This document shows positions 35,401 through 47,329 of a stretch of DNA of 63,723 nt, piece by piece. Made by a program: the position numbers and the translations under genes. How positions within the stretch are numbered: the first letter of the stretch is position 1; each line of letters begins with the position of its first letter. This DNA comes from Vitrella brassicaformis CCMP3155 (Eukaryota; Protista; Chromerida): contig CDMY01000361.1 in NCBI GenBank assembly GCA_001179505.1, forward strand, positions 37,631 through 101,353. Direction: 5' to 3'. The notes under the pieces were generated by a model, which saw only the letters and a program-made list of their open reading frames with translations, was not told the DNA's origin and did not search any database.

Positions 35401-38037
35401 ATGGCCACAGTTGCGCCGTCTCTGAATGGCGGACCGACTGTTCCTGCAGGTGCCTACACAGGCCTCTCTCCTCAATCCAGACTTGTTCCGCCGCACGACA
35501 GCTCACGACGACAAGTGTCGTTATTCGGCGCCACTGGCACACTCGTCGCGCATATAAGTAGGTGGTTTTTCGCACAGTCAGTGAGGGAAGAACTGCACAC
35601 ATTCTGCTTCACTGATTCGTGTCTGCCCTTTTTGATTCATAGTTGGCGGCGGCGTGTTGGCGTTCCCCTATGCGTACTCCCAGGCCGGGATCGTGCTGGG
35701 AGGCGTCCTAACAGTCGTCGCAGGCATCCTGGCTGACCTCTCCCTCCAGCTGATTGTCCTCACTGCACGAGCTACTGGACAGGTCTTCCTTCTGTGACCG
35801 TCAGCTCGTGCAGTGCTCAGGTATGATGGACGCTCTTGTGTATCTCTGCTCGTGCAGATTGAGTATTACGATATCGCCGCGAAGCTGTATGGCCCTGTCG
35901 CGCGGATCATAGTGGCTGCGCTGGTGTGCTTGGCGAGCTTCCTCAACCTGTGTCTACTCACTATACTCATTGCTGACCTGTCAGCGCCCGTGCTCGAGTA
36001 TGCCTTCGGCTCAGCCTGGACGGCACGAGGTGACTGGGGGCTGATTGAGGTGAAGGTGGTAGCCTGTGTGCTCGTCCTGCCGCTCCATCTGTGCACGTCC
36101 CTCCACGCACTGCGCTACCTGGCTATCGCAACGGCCAGCACCGCATTGATGCTTGCACTGATGGTGCTTATCAGGTAAATAAGACTGGGACGAATCCATG
36201 CGAGCTGAGCGCTTCGTGTGCGTTGTTTGCGTGCATGGCATGCAGGTCGAGTGAGTCGTTGGGCGCCCCATCGCACTCGGTAGCCATCGCTCACCAATGC
36301 GGGCTGTCTATCGTGCAGGCGCACACCGACAGGCTACTCTTTATCACAGAAAGATGGCAGGTTCGTTAACATGGGTGTCATGAAGCATTTTCGCAGAACA
36401 TGGTTGCCTGCCTTCTGTGTGCTGTCCGCAGTCTCTGTTGTCGGCATTGCCCATATTTGTGTGTGCATACATGTAAGCTGATGTATGCGCACGTTGTGGA
36501 TGCGTGCATGTGTGATGATTGTGTGTCTGTCAGGTGTCACACGAATGTGCTGCGGCTCCACGCAGAGTTCGTGAGTAAGGACAGATGAGCACGCACTCCA
36601 AAACACTGCTCCCCTATGACTCTTCNNNNNNNNNNNNNNNNNNNNNNNNNNNNNNNNNNNNNNNNNNNNNNNNNNNNNNNNNNNNNNNNNNNNNNNNNNN
36701 NNNNNNNNNNNNNNNNNNNNNNNNNNNNNNNNNNNNNNNNNNNNNNNNNNNNNNNNNNNNNNNNNNNNNNNNNNNNNNNNNNNNNNNNNNNNNNNNNNNN
36801 NNNNNNNNNNNNNNNNNNNNNNNNNNNNNNNNNNNNNNNNNNNNNNNNNNNNNNNNNNNNNNNNNNNNNNNNNNNNNNNNNNNNNNNNNNNNNNNNNNNN
36901 NNNNNNNNNNNNNNNNNNNNNNNNNCCCCCCCCTTCCCGTTGCTGCAGTGCCGACGCGCAACAGGGTGAAACGCGTCATTCACTCGAGCCTCTCCATCGT
37001 CATGGTGATCTACCTCATCGTGGGCTCCTTTGGCTATCTGTATGCCATCGAACGCACATGCGGCAATGTGTTGCTCAACTTTCGAAGGTAGGCCAGCCCT
37101 GCCGCACGGCGACAGAACAACGCTCTGATATGTTCCCGCAGGGATGACAGTCTAGCGATAATGTTGCGGGTCTGTCTGGCCTTCATCTCTCTAGGGTGTA
37201 TGCCATTGCAGCTGATGCCGGGAAGGCGAGCCCTCTTCTATGTCATACACCACCTACCGTCATCCCTAGCGTGCTGGTGCCCCTCCATTCTCTCACCCCG
37301 CGCTCTGGCCACCTTTAGCCAACAAAACGACTCAGCGCATCACCACAACCAGCAGACCGACACCCTTTCGAGCACCGGCAGCCCGCCTGAGCTCTTGAGA
37401 CAGCCGATGATTGCAGGGAAGGGCAGAAGCAGCGACGGGGAAGACGGCGCGATGACGGTTGACATTATGGAGCAGACAGATCTGCAACAAGAGGGGTCGC
37501 CAGAGCCTGATGGAGAGTCGCCGGACAGAGAAGCCCGGCGATTGTCGCTGGAGCGGGGTGGGACGATTGACGTGTTAGATAAGGTTGGTTGGGTACATTA
37601 CGTCATTGGCACAGTTTTGTACGCGGGGACGGCGACTCTTGTGTCCATCTACGTGAGATCTCTCAGCTCGATCTTAACGCTAGGAGGTGAGGGGGAGCGG
37701 TGCCTGAAAGTCAACCACCACACGAGCTGCCCATTGATTGTGACGGGTCTGTGTAGGTTCTACAGTGGCCATGACGATCGCGTTCGTTCTTCCCAGTGGC
37801 CTATACTTGAGGGCCAATTGGGCCCGGCAGGGAGGACGGGCCTTCAAGATATGTTCGATCCTCTTCCTCGTGTTCGCTGTGCCTTTGGGCCTGCTTGGTA
37901 CTATCGAGGCCATTTACAAGCTGAGTAGTCCGCGCTGCCCCGTTCCGTCGCCTCTGCTGCAGCGGCACCTTACGCACATGGTGCACAGGCAGTGCAGAGA
38001 CACGGTACTTATACCGTCGGTCCTCAGGCACTTCTGA
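35401..38037 (+). CDS. Amino-acid transporter, Aa_trans/SLC38 (AAAP) family; spans an assembly gap
   Basis: VGGGVLAFPYAYSQAGIVLG, YYDIAAKLYGP, multiple TM helices, IYLIVGSFGYL....CGNVLLNF, GSTVAMTIAFVLPSGLYL. Confidence 0.85.
36626..36925. other. Assembly gap (300 N) inside the transporter gene
   Basis: Run of N. Confidence 1.
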
Positions 38038-38195
38038 CAGATAGGTGGAGAATGGGAAGCCTTTTTTCCATCGACTTTTTGACGGTGTATATTGGGTGTG
38101 TGGCCGCGTGTGCGAAAAAAAAGACGTCGAAAAAAGAAGAAAAAGGACAAAAGGCTTAGGGGCGTCCTTTAAACACTAGCCTGTATGTGTAGTGG

Positions 38196-38310
38196 AGAGA
38201 CGATGTGGTGGAGAGACGACACAAGAGCAGAGAGGGCTGCAACGATGTGAAGGAATGCAGTGGAGAGACGCCAGATCACTATGGAGAGGGCGGGAGAAGT
38301 CGGAGAGACG
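38196..38310 (+). promoter_or_regulatory. Cluster of four GGAGAGACG (contains WGAGACG) motifs
   Basis: AGAGACG at 38196, 38212, 38264 and 38304. A regulatory role is inferred from similarity to the Toxoplasma WGAGACG promoter element. Confidence 0.4.
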
Positions 38311-38470
38311 ACTTCGTAGTGCCCTTTCTCACCGTTGCTTTCTGCCTCCGCCTGCAATAGCTGTTTCAAAGCAACCTTTTTTGTGCGCTTTGTGGGGCAG
38401 ATGTGTGGCAGTGTCTTTCTGCGTGCGTTTTTCGCCGTTTCTTTTGCCCTTCTTGCGCCAAGCGTGCTCT

Positions 38471-38691
38471 ATGAGTTGCCCTCCTCCGTCGGGGGGTCGG
38501 GACTCGCTCCGCGTTCCGGCGGCCGCGTCGCGAAATGCATGCAAAGCCCCCAAGCTCGCATGCAAGCCCCCATCAAGAAAGACGGTACCGAATGAAAGAG
38601 TCTCGATGGCCCCAATTACGAACGAACGAACGAACACGAACTTCGGGTAAGAGCGTGCCTCGCTCGCTAAAAGCTCGCGAGTCCCGAATGG
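38471..38691 (+). repeat. Dispersed ~200-bp structured non-coding element, copy A
   Basis: Shares blocks with 58724-58918, including 41 identical nt (38531-38571). Perfect 11-bp inverted repeat at 38497-38507 / 38677-38687. Confidence 0.85.
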
Positions 38692-39003
38692 GTTTCTTTC
38701 GCTGGTGTGTGGCCTCCTGCGTGCCTTCTGCAGTGTCCCTTTGGTTCCCTCTCTGTTTGTCTTGGTGTGTTCCCCGCTTCTGGTGCTGTTTTCACCGTTT
38801 TTTTCGCTCGTCCTGGACGCCCCTGAGGTACCCTGAGGTGTGGGGGTCTGCTGTGTGCTGCTGGTGTGCTGAGAACCGTGTCGGCAATGGATGCAATTTT
38901 TTCCACGGGTTTTTTGCAAAAGCTCGCCAAGGCTCGACAGACTCTTTGAGCACAATAACCAACCAATCAACCAGCCGCCTCACTGCGGCTCGTAACACCC
39001 ATC

Positions 39004-40233
39004 ATGCTTCACCGTCTGCCTGCGGAGCTACTGAGGAATTTTGTTTTGTTTGTCGGTTCGTCGTCGTGTGATCTTGCTGCCCTGAGAGCCACGTCACAAG
39101 GATGCTGCTCAGGCATCACTGCAGAGCTCATTGTGCTGATCATCGATACGTCCCTCGCCCGCCACTCGCTCGACGACCTCGTCAGCATCGACCGCACAGC
39201 CCCTCTGTCATTCGACTACTTGTTTCGCGTGGCCTATGTGCTGGAGCAGGGCAGTGACGAGTGGCATGTGATGGGTGTGTTTGTGCGTCTGGCAGCCATC
39301 TATCGGCTGATCCCTCAGGCGCTGTCTCAGCAAGGGCCGCGCATTATGCTGTCAGCTGACTGTATTTCCACTCATGTGCCCACCCGGGCTGCTTTCCACC
39401 GGCTGCCCCTCACGATGACCATTTTCAAGATGATTCAGGGCTGTCTCATCTACAAGGGCAGGAGCCTCACACTCGTGCAGGAAGAGCAAGATGGTGGTGC
39501 AGCCGGTCGGGGAGTTGGGGACATTGAATTTTGTGTGGTCACCCTGGTCGAACTCCCGCGCCTTCACAGTTACCGCAGGTATGCGAGACATCACACGCTG
39601 AATACAAGAAAAAAGTCGGGAAACACACAGCGCGGTGTATGTGTGTACAGTTGCTATAAGAATAGCGACCCGGTCGTACGCGAGAACGACTCGCTCTACC
39701 CCAGCTTCTCCGCCTTCCTGCTGCACAGCGTCATGTACCGGTGGTGTGCCGAGGAGGTGGTGGGCGAGAAGCGCACCCTCTTCGGCACCATCCACCCGCG
39801 ATTTCTCTCCAGATACCGGGCCATCATCACAGACCCGATTGAGAAAGAGCAGCATGGGGCCTTCATCATGGTCGATGGACAGCATGATGGGGGAGATGTC
39901 AACGCGGACCCGACGTCAGTGGTTGAGTTCAGGCTGGTGTTGATGACCGGCTTCCGACAAGATGATTCCTTCGCTTCATACATGACCCTGGGACAGGGGT
40001 TTGTTGAGGTGCGGTTGGATCAGCATGCTTGCTGAGGATGTAAGTCATGGCTGTGATGGTGTCGTGTTGTTGTGTTTTGTCAGGTGTACACTACAGAAGG
40101 CGCTGCGAGAGGTGTGACGAGCGGCAGCAACTTGGATGTCCGCCTTCCCGTGACGATGCCCAAGATGCGGAGCGTGTTGGGACGTTATGGCCTGCCGGCC
40201 CCTTCAGCTCTGTTCCGCACTGGGCATACCTGA
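39004..40233 (+). CDS. Lineage-specific hypothetical protein with F-box-like N-terminus (3 exons)
   Basis: MLHRLPAELLRNFVLFV start. Introns 39579-39650 and 40009-40083 are canonical GT-AG. Ends ...RYGLPAPSALFRTGHT TGA at 40231-40233. Confidence 0.75.
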
Positions 40234-40508
40234 ACCATCGAATTGCTCAGTGTTTGCTCTGTGCAAAGGGACAAGTCTGTCCACTGAAGTCATTCAAGTA
40301 TGTCCATGTGCATTTCCATGGATAGACGAGGGGTGGGATGGGGGGTAGAGGAGTGAAGAGGGGAGGGCAACGTGAAGTTTCATGGGACCTGGTCAGGACA
40401 ATCATGTGACCCAATCGTTGTAGACACCACGTGCCAACCAAGACCAACAGAGCCAACTCACACACAAAGAAAGTAGCAGCAGCACCAGAGGAGGTCTGGC
40501 TGCTCAGT

Positions 40509-43500
40509 TCATACTTGATCGCTCGCTAAGCCTTCTAGCGAGACTCCCTTCACCCTGCCGTCCCTGGTCACCGCTTCCCCTCTTGCCACACCGATGCTGC
40601 TTATCTCATCCACTAGCACGCCTGCATCAATGGCTGCCAGAGGCAGATGTTCGAGCGTCGCCTCCATCACAGACGTAGCGTCCATCGGGCTGGGGGGGAG
40701 GAGGGGGACGCTGTGGGGAGAGCCGGGGGCATGCCTCCCTTCACGACGGTGTGCGCCTGTGGCAGACCAAATAGCGGTACAGCGGCCATAGGACGTCCAG
40801 AGAAAGACAAGACATGCGCTCTTTCCTTCAGCAATCATGCTCTCTTCTGTTTATCTTACCGTGAGTGTGAATATCGTTCCACACGTGAAAGCCATGGTCA
40901 TTTGTATGTGTCTCCTTTGCGGGCCGTGTCTCTTTTGCGGTGACTCTGTACGATCGATGCATGCGCCACTTGCCGTCCCGTTCACCATCTGGTGGGCTCG
41001 TGTGGCTTGCAGGCGACAGCCGAAGAGCCATTGGATAGCCGGTGTCCTGTCGTATCGCAGCGGGTATGTCCACATCATAGCCTATGTCGACGTCAACAGT
41101 GTACTGGTTCCCCTCTCCGGCTGCCTGCTGTGTTTTTGTGGACTGTGACGAAGCGGAGCTTCGAGCGATCAACCTCTGTTTGGTCGTGACGCGCGACGGC
41201 TTGGTGCCCTTGACTCTGCCTGGCGGCGACTTGACCGCTCTGGGCGGAGCTGTCGCTGTCGAATGGCCGCGTTCGTACGAAGTCGGTCGTCTCTCGAGCT
41301 TCGCGATTCGTTGCTCCAGCTCTCCCACACGGTCTGTGTCGATGCTCCTAAGACTCAAAAGCAACGTCTCGAGCTGACGGCAGAAAAAGATTCATATGAT
41401 TAAGGGCCATGTGCAGTTCCCTCCTCTCGTCACCATTCTGCTGTCTCCAGTCGGCTGATGGGACAACAGGTCAGGGGGGGTCGGTGCCAACACCGACGTA
41501 TGGTCCATGGCGCACGCTACTGGGTAGCGACTGTAAGGGGATCGCCGATCATCCGCTGGGGCTGCTTTGGAGGTGGGGATGGAGGGAGCAGGGCTGCTGG
41601 AGGGATGAGAGGACCACGACGCGTCATCCGTCAGCCTCTCTTGACGCAACTCCGGCCTTTTGCCCCGAACACCTACAGGACCGCTCTTTGCTCGATTGGC
41701 CGCAGTCATGGCTCGCCTGCCCCCGTCTTTCGTCATCGGACTGGCGGATCGGCTCCGCATAACAGGAACGGCCTTGACTGCCTTGATGGGAGGCGGCATA
41801 AGTCGCTTCCTGGGCGGCGCTTTGGGCACTCTGATGCCCCGCTTGGCGTCGGGCCCTTGGTGTGGGGCGGCAATGATGTCGCCGGTTTGGTGAGTGTCGT
41901 GGGAGGGCCTTGTCCCAACATCGCCAAAGCTGCTTCGCTCCATGGGCGAGCTGCCAGGCTGTGTCGTCGTCTGAGAGTCGCGGAAGGCTTTCGTCGGCAC
42001 GGCCTGTCGAAGCAATGGAAAATATTTATCTGGGTGGTGCTTGCTGTGGTTGATTGATGCACCTGTTGATGTGACCCGGCTGCTGATACGGGGGACACCT
42101 TTGGGTGGTCCAGCCCATCCTGTTGCATACGCAATGAAGTCCCGTCGACTGTCTCGATTTCTATGTGTGTCCCGCCGTGTGGCGTGCGTCCATCGTGGCT
42201 CACGCACCTTGTTTGGCTGCTGCTGGTGGGGCGACTCAGCGGCCTGCCGTGCAGCGATGCCCTCGGCGATGGCAGCCAGCTGCCTGATAGCCGCTTGCAT
42301 CTCGAGTACGCAGCCCTTCCACTGTTCAAATTGCCGCTCCTGCCTCTCCATGGCATCCTGGCGCTCCCTCAGCGTGTCGAGGATCATGTCACTGCCCGCT
42401 GGCAGGGGAGACACGGTGGAGGGATGCACCGACGGGGCCGACCTGTCTGGGCTGCCTGCCGTCGACGACGGCTGGCGAGACAGATGCGCCAACTCCATCA
42501 GTACTTGTTGCTGCCATGCCGCCATCCTGGCCTCGATGATGCGATTGACCTCCTCACGCTGCCGGGGGGTCTGAACAGAAAAGAGGGGACATCATGCATG
42601 GATCCATGCGGACGCGTGGCGCGCTTACAAGACTCGAGAGGCAATCCACAGGTGTCCGGGCCTCGGTTTCTGATGGTTGTGTCATCTCCTGCTTATTGTT
42701 ATTGTTCTCTCCCGTCTCGTCGCCGCCCCTGGCTGCCCGCTGCGAGAGACTGGATGCGCTTGATGTGGCAGAGGCAGAGCGGATAGCAGCCGCCGCCGGC
42801 AGATGTGCATTGTCATTGTGGGCGTCAGAAGGGATGATACGGATGGTGCAGCGAGGCCGTGGCTCCCTCTCTCTCTCCTTGCTCCCCTCGGTGCGATCAT
42901 AGGAGCTCAATCGGTCCACAGCTGGAGACGGCAGAGGCTCAGCTCTGAACGGCAGATGAAGTGGCGTTCCCATTCCCTGTTGCTCAGCCGGGCCAGTCGT
43001 GACAGCTTGTGGTGGTGGGCTGGCTGTTGCCGAAAGAGGTGCCAAAGGACACCGCACAGCTGGCTGGTGTGGCGACAGCACATGGAGGAGGGAGGAAGAG
43101 GACGAATGGAGCAGTGGTGGGGAGAGGGGTGGCACTGCTGGCTGGTGCAGCACCACGTCGACTGTCAGACCCTGGCGGCCTCTCCTACGGCGCTTGTGCT
43201 CGTAGCCGCTGCGGTGGGCTGACGGGGAGGCCTCCCGCCGTCTGCTCGGACGCTCATCTGTCTTCGAGGAAGGGGATGGCTCTTTGACTCGTACATCGCC
43301 ATGCTCCGTTGGATAAACTTGTACAGAAGGCAGGTAAGGGCTGTTCTCATGTTCGCGCCGTTGTGGATACCACATCCTGCTCTTCTCTCGTCTCAAGCTG
43401 ATTCCTTTCGACTCGTCAGCCTCCCGCATTCGCTGCGATCGGTGACGAGGCGACAGGGACGTAGAATTGCCAGCCTCCTGTCTCTCGTGCCTGCGCATAT

Positions 43501-46500
43501 AATCTGAGTCACCTCGATCTGTCCCAGGGCTGCGGTTATCAGTGTGCCGCCTTCTCTTCCTCGATCGCTTCAGGTCGCTCGCATCCCTTGCGGCAACAGC
43601 TGCCGCAGGGGGACTCGACGACCGTCGTCTGCGATCATGTGAAGGCACTGGCTGTCTGCTGGCTCTCCGCCCTCGGTTTCTTTGATCCCTCCCATTGCGA
43701 TGCCGACTTGCCGCAGCAGCCCCCTGATGCTCTTCCAAGCTCTCAATCGCCGACTCAAATGAGTCTTTCGGCCTCAGGTTAGGGAAGCAGCGGCTTCTCC
43801 TGGCCTGGCTTTGTATTGTCTGATGGTCGTCCGAGTGGCGGATCCGCCCCATCGGCGACCTGGATGAGTTGCTGCCTTCATCATCCACTTCAGCTTCCGC
43901 TGTGCTGACGTGTGTGGCGGCCGAATCAGCTGTGGACGAGAAGTTGCCGTCGCGGCGGTCGTGCGCATTCCCTCTGTCTGAACTCCCCTCGTCATCTTCA
44001 TGATGGTACCTCTCCATCTCTTCCTCTCTGCGATCGCGAGCCGGACTGAATTGTGGCATTGGAAAGAAGCCATCCGAGTCCCAGTCTTCCTCGAATTCAG
44101 TGTCCCGGTCTGACGAGACATAGCTTTTCCTCATGTCGCCCATTTTGGCGTACTTCTTGTCTAGTGCGTCTTGGTCGTCGAACTCATACAGCTCCCAGTT
44201 CGTGCAAAAGGATGCGTCCTCCTCGCGTCGAAAAGGCACGGCTGCCGCTGCCGCTGCTGCAGCTGCAGCTGCAGCTGCATTTGGCGATGGTGCCCGTTTC
44301 TCTTTCTCCTTTCTGCGGTGACCAGTCCCGTCTCTCGCGTCCTTGCCCCTTCCCGCCCTATCATCCTTCCTCCTGTCCCTGGTCCGATCCAACATGCCGT
44401 CTCCATCGCTGTGTCTCCGGCCGGTGTCTTTCTCCTCTTCCATCTGACGCGACTTGGGGGAGGTCCGTCTGCCACGACTGCAACGAACCTGCCTGTGGTC
44501 GTCGTTGTCTTCCCTTTCTTCCCGACTCGCTCGTGTGGAGCCCCTTCGCGTCGGCTGCTGGTGTCTCCGGCCGGCAGGATCAAGAGATACCTCATTTGCC
44601 GGTGCTCGTGCTTGCTTTGGCGTGCTAAGGCTGGATGGGGCCACATCGGCTTCTCTGGTGGCCGGCACAGTAACGGAGGACCGCTTTCTCGCAACATGTG
44701 TTGGCCCTGGTGGCTGAACCCGCTCCTCCGAGGGTGAGAAGCAAAGGCGCAGATCTCGCGAGCCAATCAGATTGCCCGCCGAGAGGTGGGTCCTAAATCG
44801 CTGCGCCTCTGATTTGGCGAGATTGAGCTCTTCAGAAGGCTCCCCGTTAGTCTGCTGCGAGTAGGATAATTGGTCGATGGCGGGTTGCGCTGGGTGGACC
44901 TTGGTGCGAAAGCCGCTGCTGCGCCTTCTTGCCCATGCCAGCTGCTCTGATGGCAGGGCAAGCGAGGCAGGGGGCGGTGCACTGCTTCGCCGATGCCCCA
45001 TGCCCTTGGCGTCCCTGAGTTGCTGCGATGAAGCGATTGGGGCGTCCAAATGTCCCAAATCCAACGTAGGTGCTGGTGTTTTGCTGAACGAGGGCATGTC
45101 TGGCTCGCTAGACCGGTGACTGGCGAATAGCTGGAACGTGTCGCCTGTCCTCAAAGGCGCAAGCACGTGCATGTCGGGTCGCATGTCGGGAGTTGACCGG
45201 CGCCGGTATGCCTCATCGTCTGGAAAGAAATCGCCGGCCGCCCAGCCATCCGATGGATGCGTGACAACAAGTGGCACAGCGAACGACTGCGGTCGGTCAG
45301 CTCTCGCTGGCAAGTCGTCCTTGAAGCTGATAAACTGCGGTCTGTCCCTTTCCTCGTCCTTGCTCTTCATGTGTGGCGGTATGTCTCCCTCACTGCCCTG
45401 ACGATCGAATGTCATCGATCGGCTGGAGATCGAGTCCGATGGCTGCGACTTGAAGGACAGAATGGGGGCAATGGCGTTGTCGGAAGTCGCATTCTCCATC
45501 GTATCAGCTAGCATAGGCTTCATGTCTCTGTCCTTGGGCATGGTTGGGCTGAGGGGCACTGGAGGAGACGGAAAAAACGGCGTGATGGCACGATCACTGC
45601 CGTTTTCGATGTCCAGCCGTTTCGCCGTCTCAAGCCGATGAATCTGGAGTCGAACGTTGAGTGCTTCGCAGAGGGACGAGAGCGCGGCCGCCTCATCAGC
45701 TGTGCCATCTTCCACTGTCACTTCCAGCTCCTCGAGGGGCGGCGTGGAGGAAGCGGCAGTGCTCGTTGTACTCGCTGCTCTTCTGGGCACGGCACATCAG
45801 ACACCAACAGGAGAAAAAAGTAGCAGGAATATAATTTGCTGCGTCTGCTGAGCTCTTCTTTGACCTTTGCAGCCCTTCGATGATGGACCGCAAGCCATCT
45901 CTTGACAGCACATTCCCTCTCAACCGGAGGCATCTGCAGGGGCCAAGCTACAGCAAGAGTTTGAAACACATGTACGTAAGATACCTGAGGGGACATGCGA
46001 CATCGGAAATGCCACCCAGTTGACGTTCTTTCTGGTGATGTCCGATGGGGGTGCCTTGATCCCCCCCATGTCGTCCGCAAAGAGCAGCAATTCCTTGATC
46101 CGTGATGCTGGGGGCACATGTATCGATCACACTTTGCTGCACAGTCGCCATGTCTCCGTTTTACGTACGCATTGTTTGTGAGGTCCAGCTCCTCAAGACC
46201 AGAACCACATAGAGCTGCAGCCAAAGCTTCAGCACCTGCATGCGGCAAATGCTCTCCACAATGCGTCCATCGCTGTGATCAACGCACAGTCACCTCCGTC
46301 ACCGATGACATTGTGCGACAAGTCAAGCAGGCGCAAGGTGGGACGCACCTGAACAAAACACGTTCATGACGAGCAATGGTCTCGCAGCAGATTTTTTAGT
46401 TGCTATCGGCGGGGCGAAGTGCGTACGTGAAGAATGGAAGCAATCGAGGCGGCGCCGGACTTGCCGATACACTTGCCGATACATCCGACCAATCGAAGTG

Positions 46501-47329
46501 ATGCCACTCTTGTCAGCCCTTTTCTGTCGGACAGACATTGTGGCGAGTGATTGCGGTCGCCTGAATCAGATAATTAAGTTTCTCTTTGCTTTCTCACTTG
46601 ATGAACACGAGGGACAGAGCCGTGACGTCACTGTCGCTGAGACCCTCCAGCGACAGTGACGCCTGAGGGTCCGTGTGCGCCTGAGTATTACAGACATATC
46701 ATCTCGTATGTTGTTCTTCGCCCATACCAGGGCGCTGGAGACGGCCGGGTTGATGAACACATTCAAAAGACGGCACGCGTCCTGCATAGACCCATGATGA
46801 ATAGGTAAAATGCCACCTCTGAATGCACACATCACATAGAAATGCCTTACCTCAAAGATTCGACTATCGGTCATCGACTGATTGATTGATTGATGGTGAA
46901 GGGTGTGAGGACCCGATGTGTGAGGGGACTATCATCGTTATGCGAAAGAGGCATGCACCACAAAGACGAGTCCAGCAGGCCCCTCTCGACCAGTGGCTCA
47001 GAGACCCAGTCTCGCGGGGGCCAGTGGGGGCCCGGCCCTCTATTACGGCGCTTAAAAACTTTTTGGAGACGCAAATTGGTACAAGCCCCGTTCGTCTACC
47101 TCGTCTCTCTCTGTCTGCCTGTCGAGGACTATCAAATATTGGTTAATCAGTCAACAACAAATCGTCCTCTGGGCAACGCCTCTTCTGACTTCCTCTTCCC
47201 TGGCCTCGTGCGCATGGCCACACACTCCTTAGCATCCACTGCCAACATGGTCTGGGCCTTGGCCACCTCAGCGGCGAGCTCTAACGAACGTACCTCACCC
47301 CGCGCCCACTCCCTATACCCAACTGCCAT
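40509..47329 (-). CDS. Giant protein: N-terminal RNI-like LRRs followed by >1400 aa of Ser/Arg/Pro-rich disordered sequence
   Basis: LRR-like exons (LRLVGCIGK..GAASIASIL, LEELDLTNN, GNVLSRDGLRSIIEGL), a 3.2-kb open exon 42554-45790, further long ORFs 41392-42525 and 40828-41364, and a terminal exon ending SDQV* at 40509. The 5' end is uncertain and this could be two genes. Confidence 0.55.

Noticed and set aside
38329-39071. ORFs of 150-210 aa overlapping cassette copy A, sharing the peptide NACKAPKLACKPP with ORF 58669-58929
   Set aside because: The shared peptide is a translation of the nucleotide-identical core. The flanks have non-triplet indels and no shared start or stop, so the conservation is non-coding.
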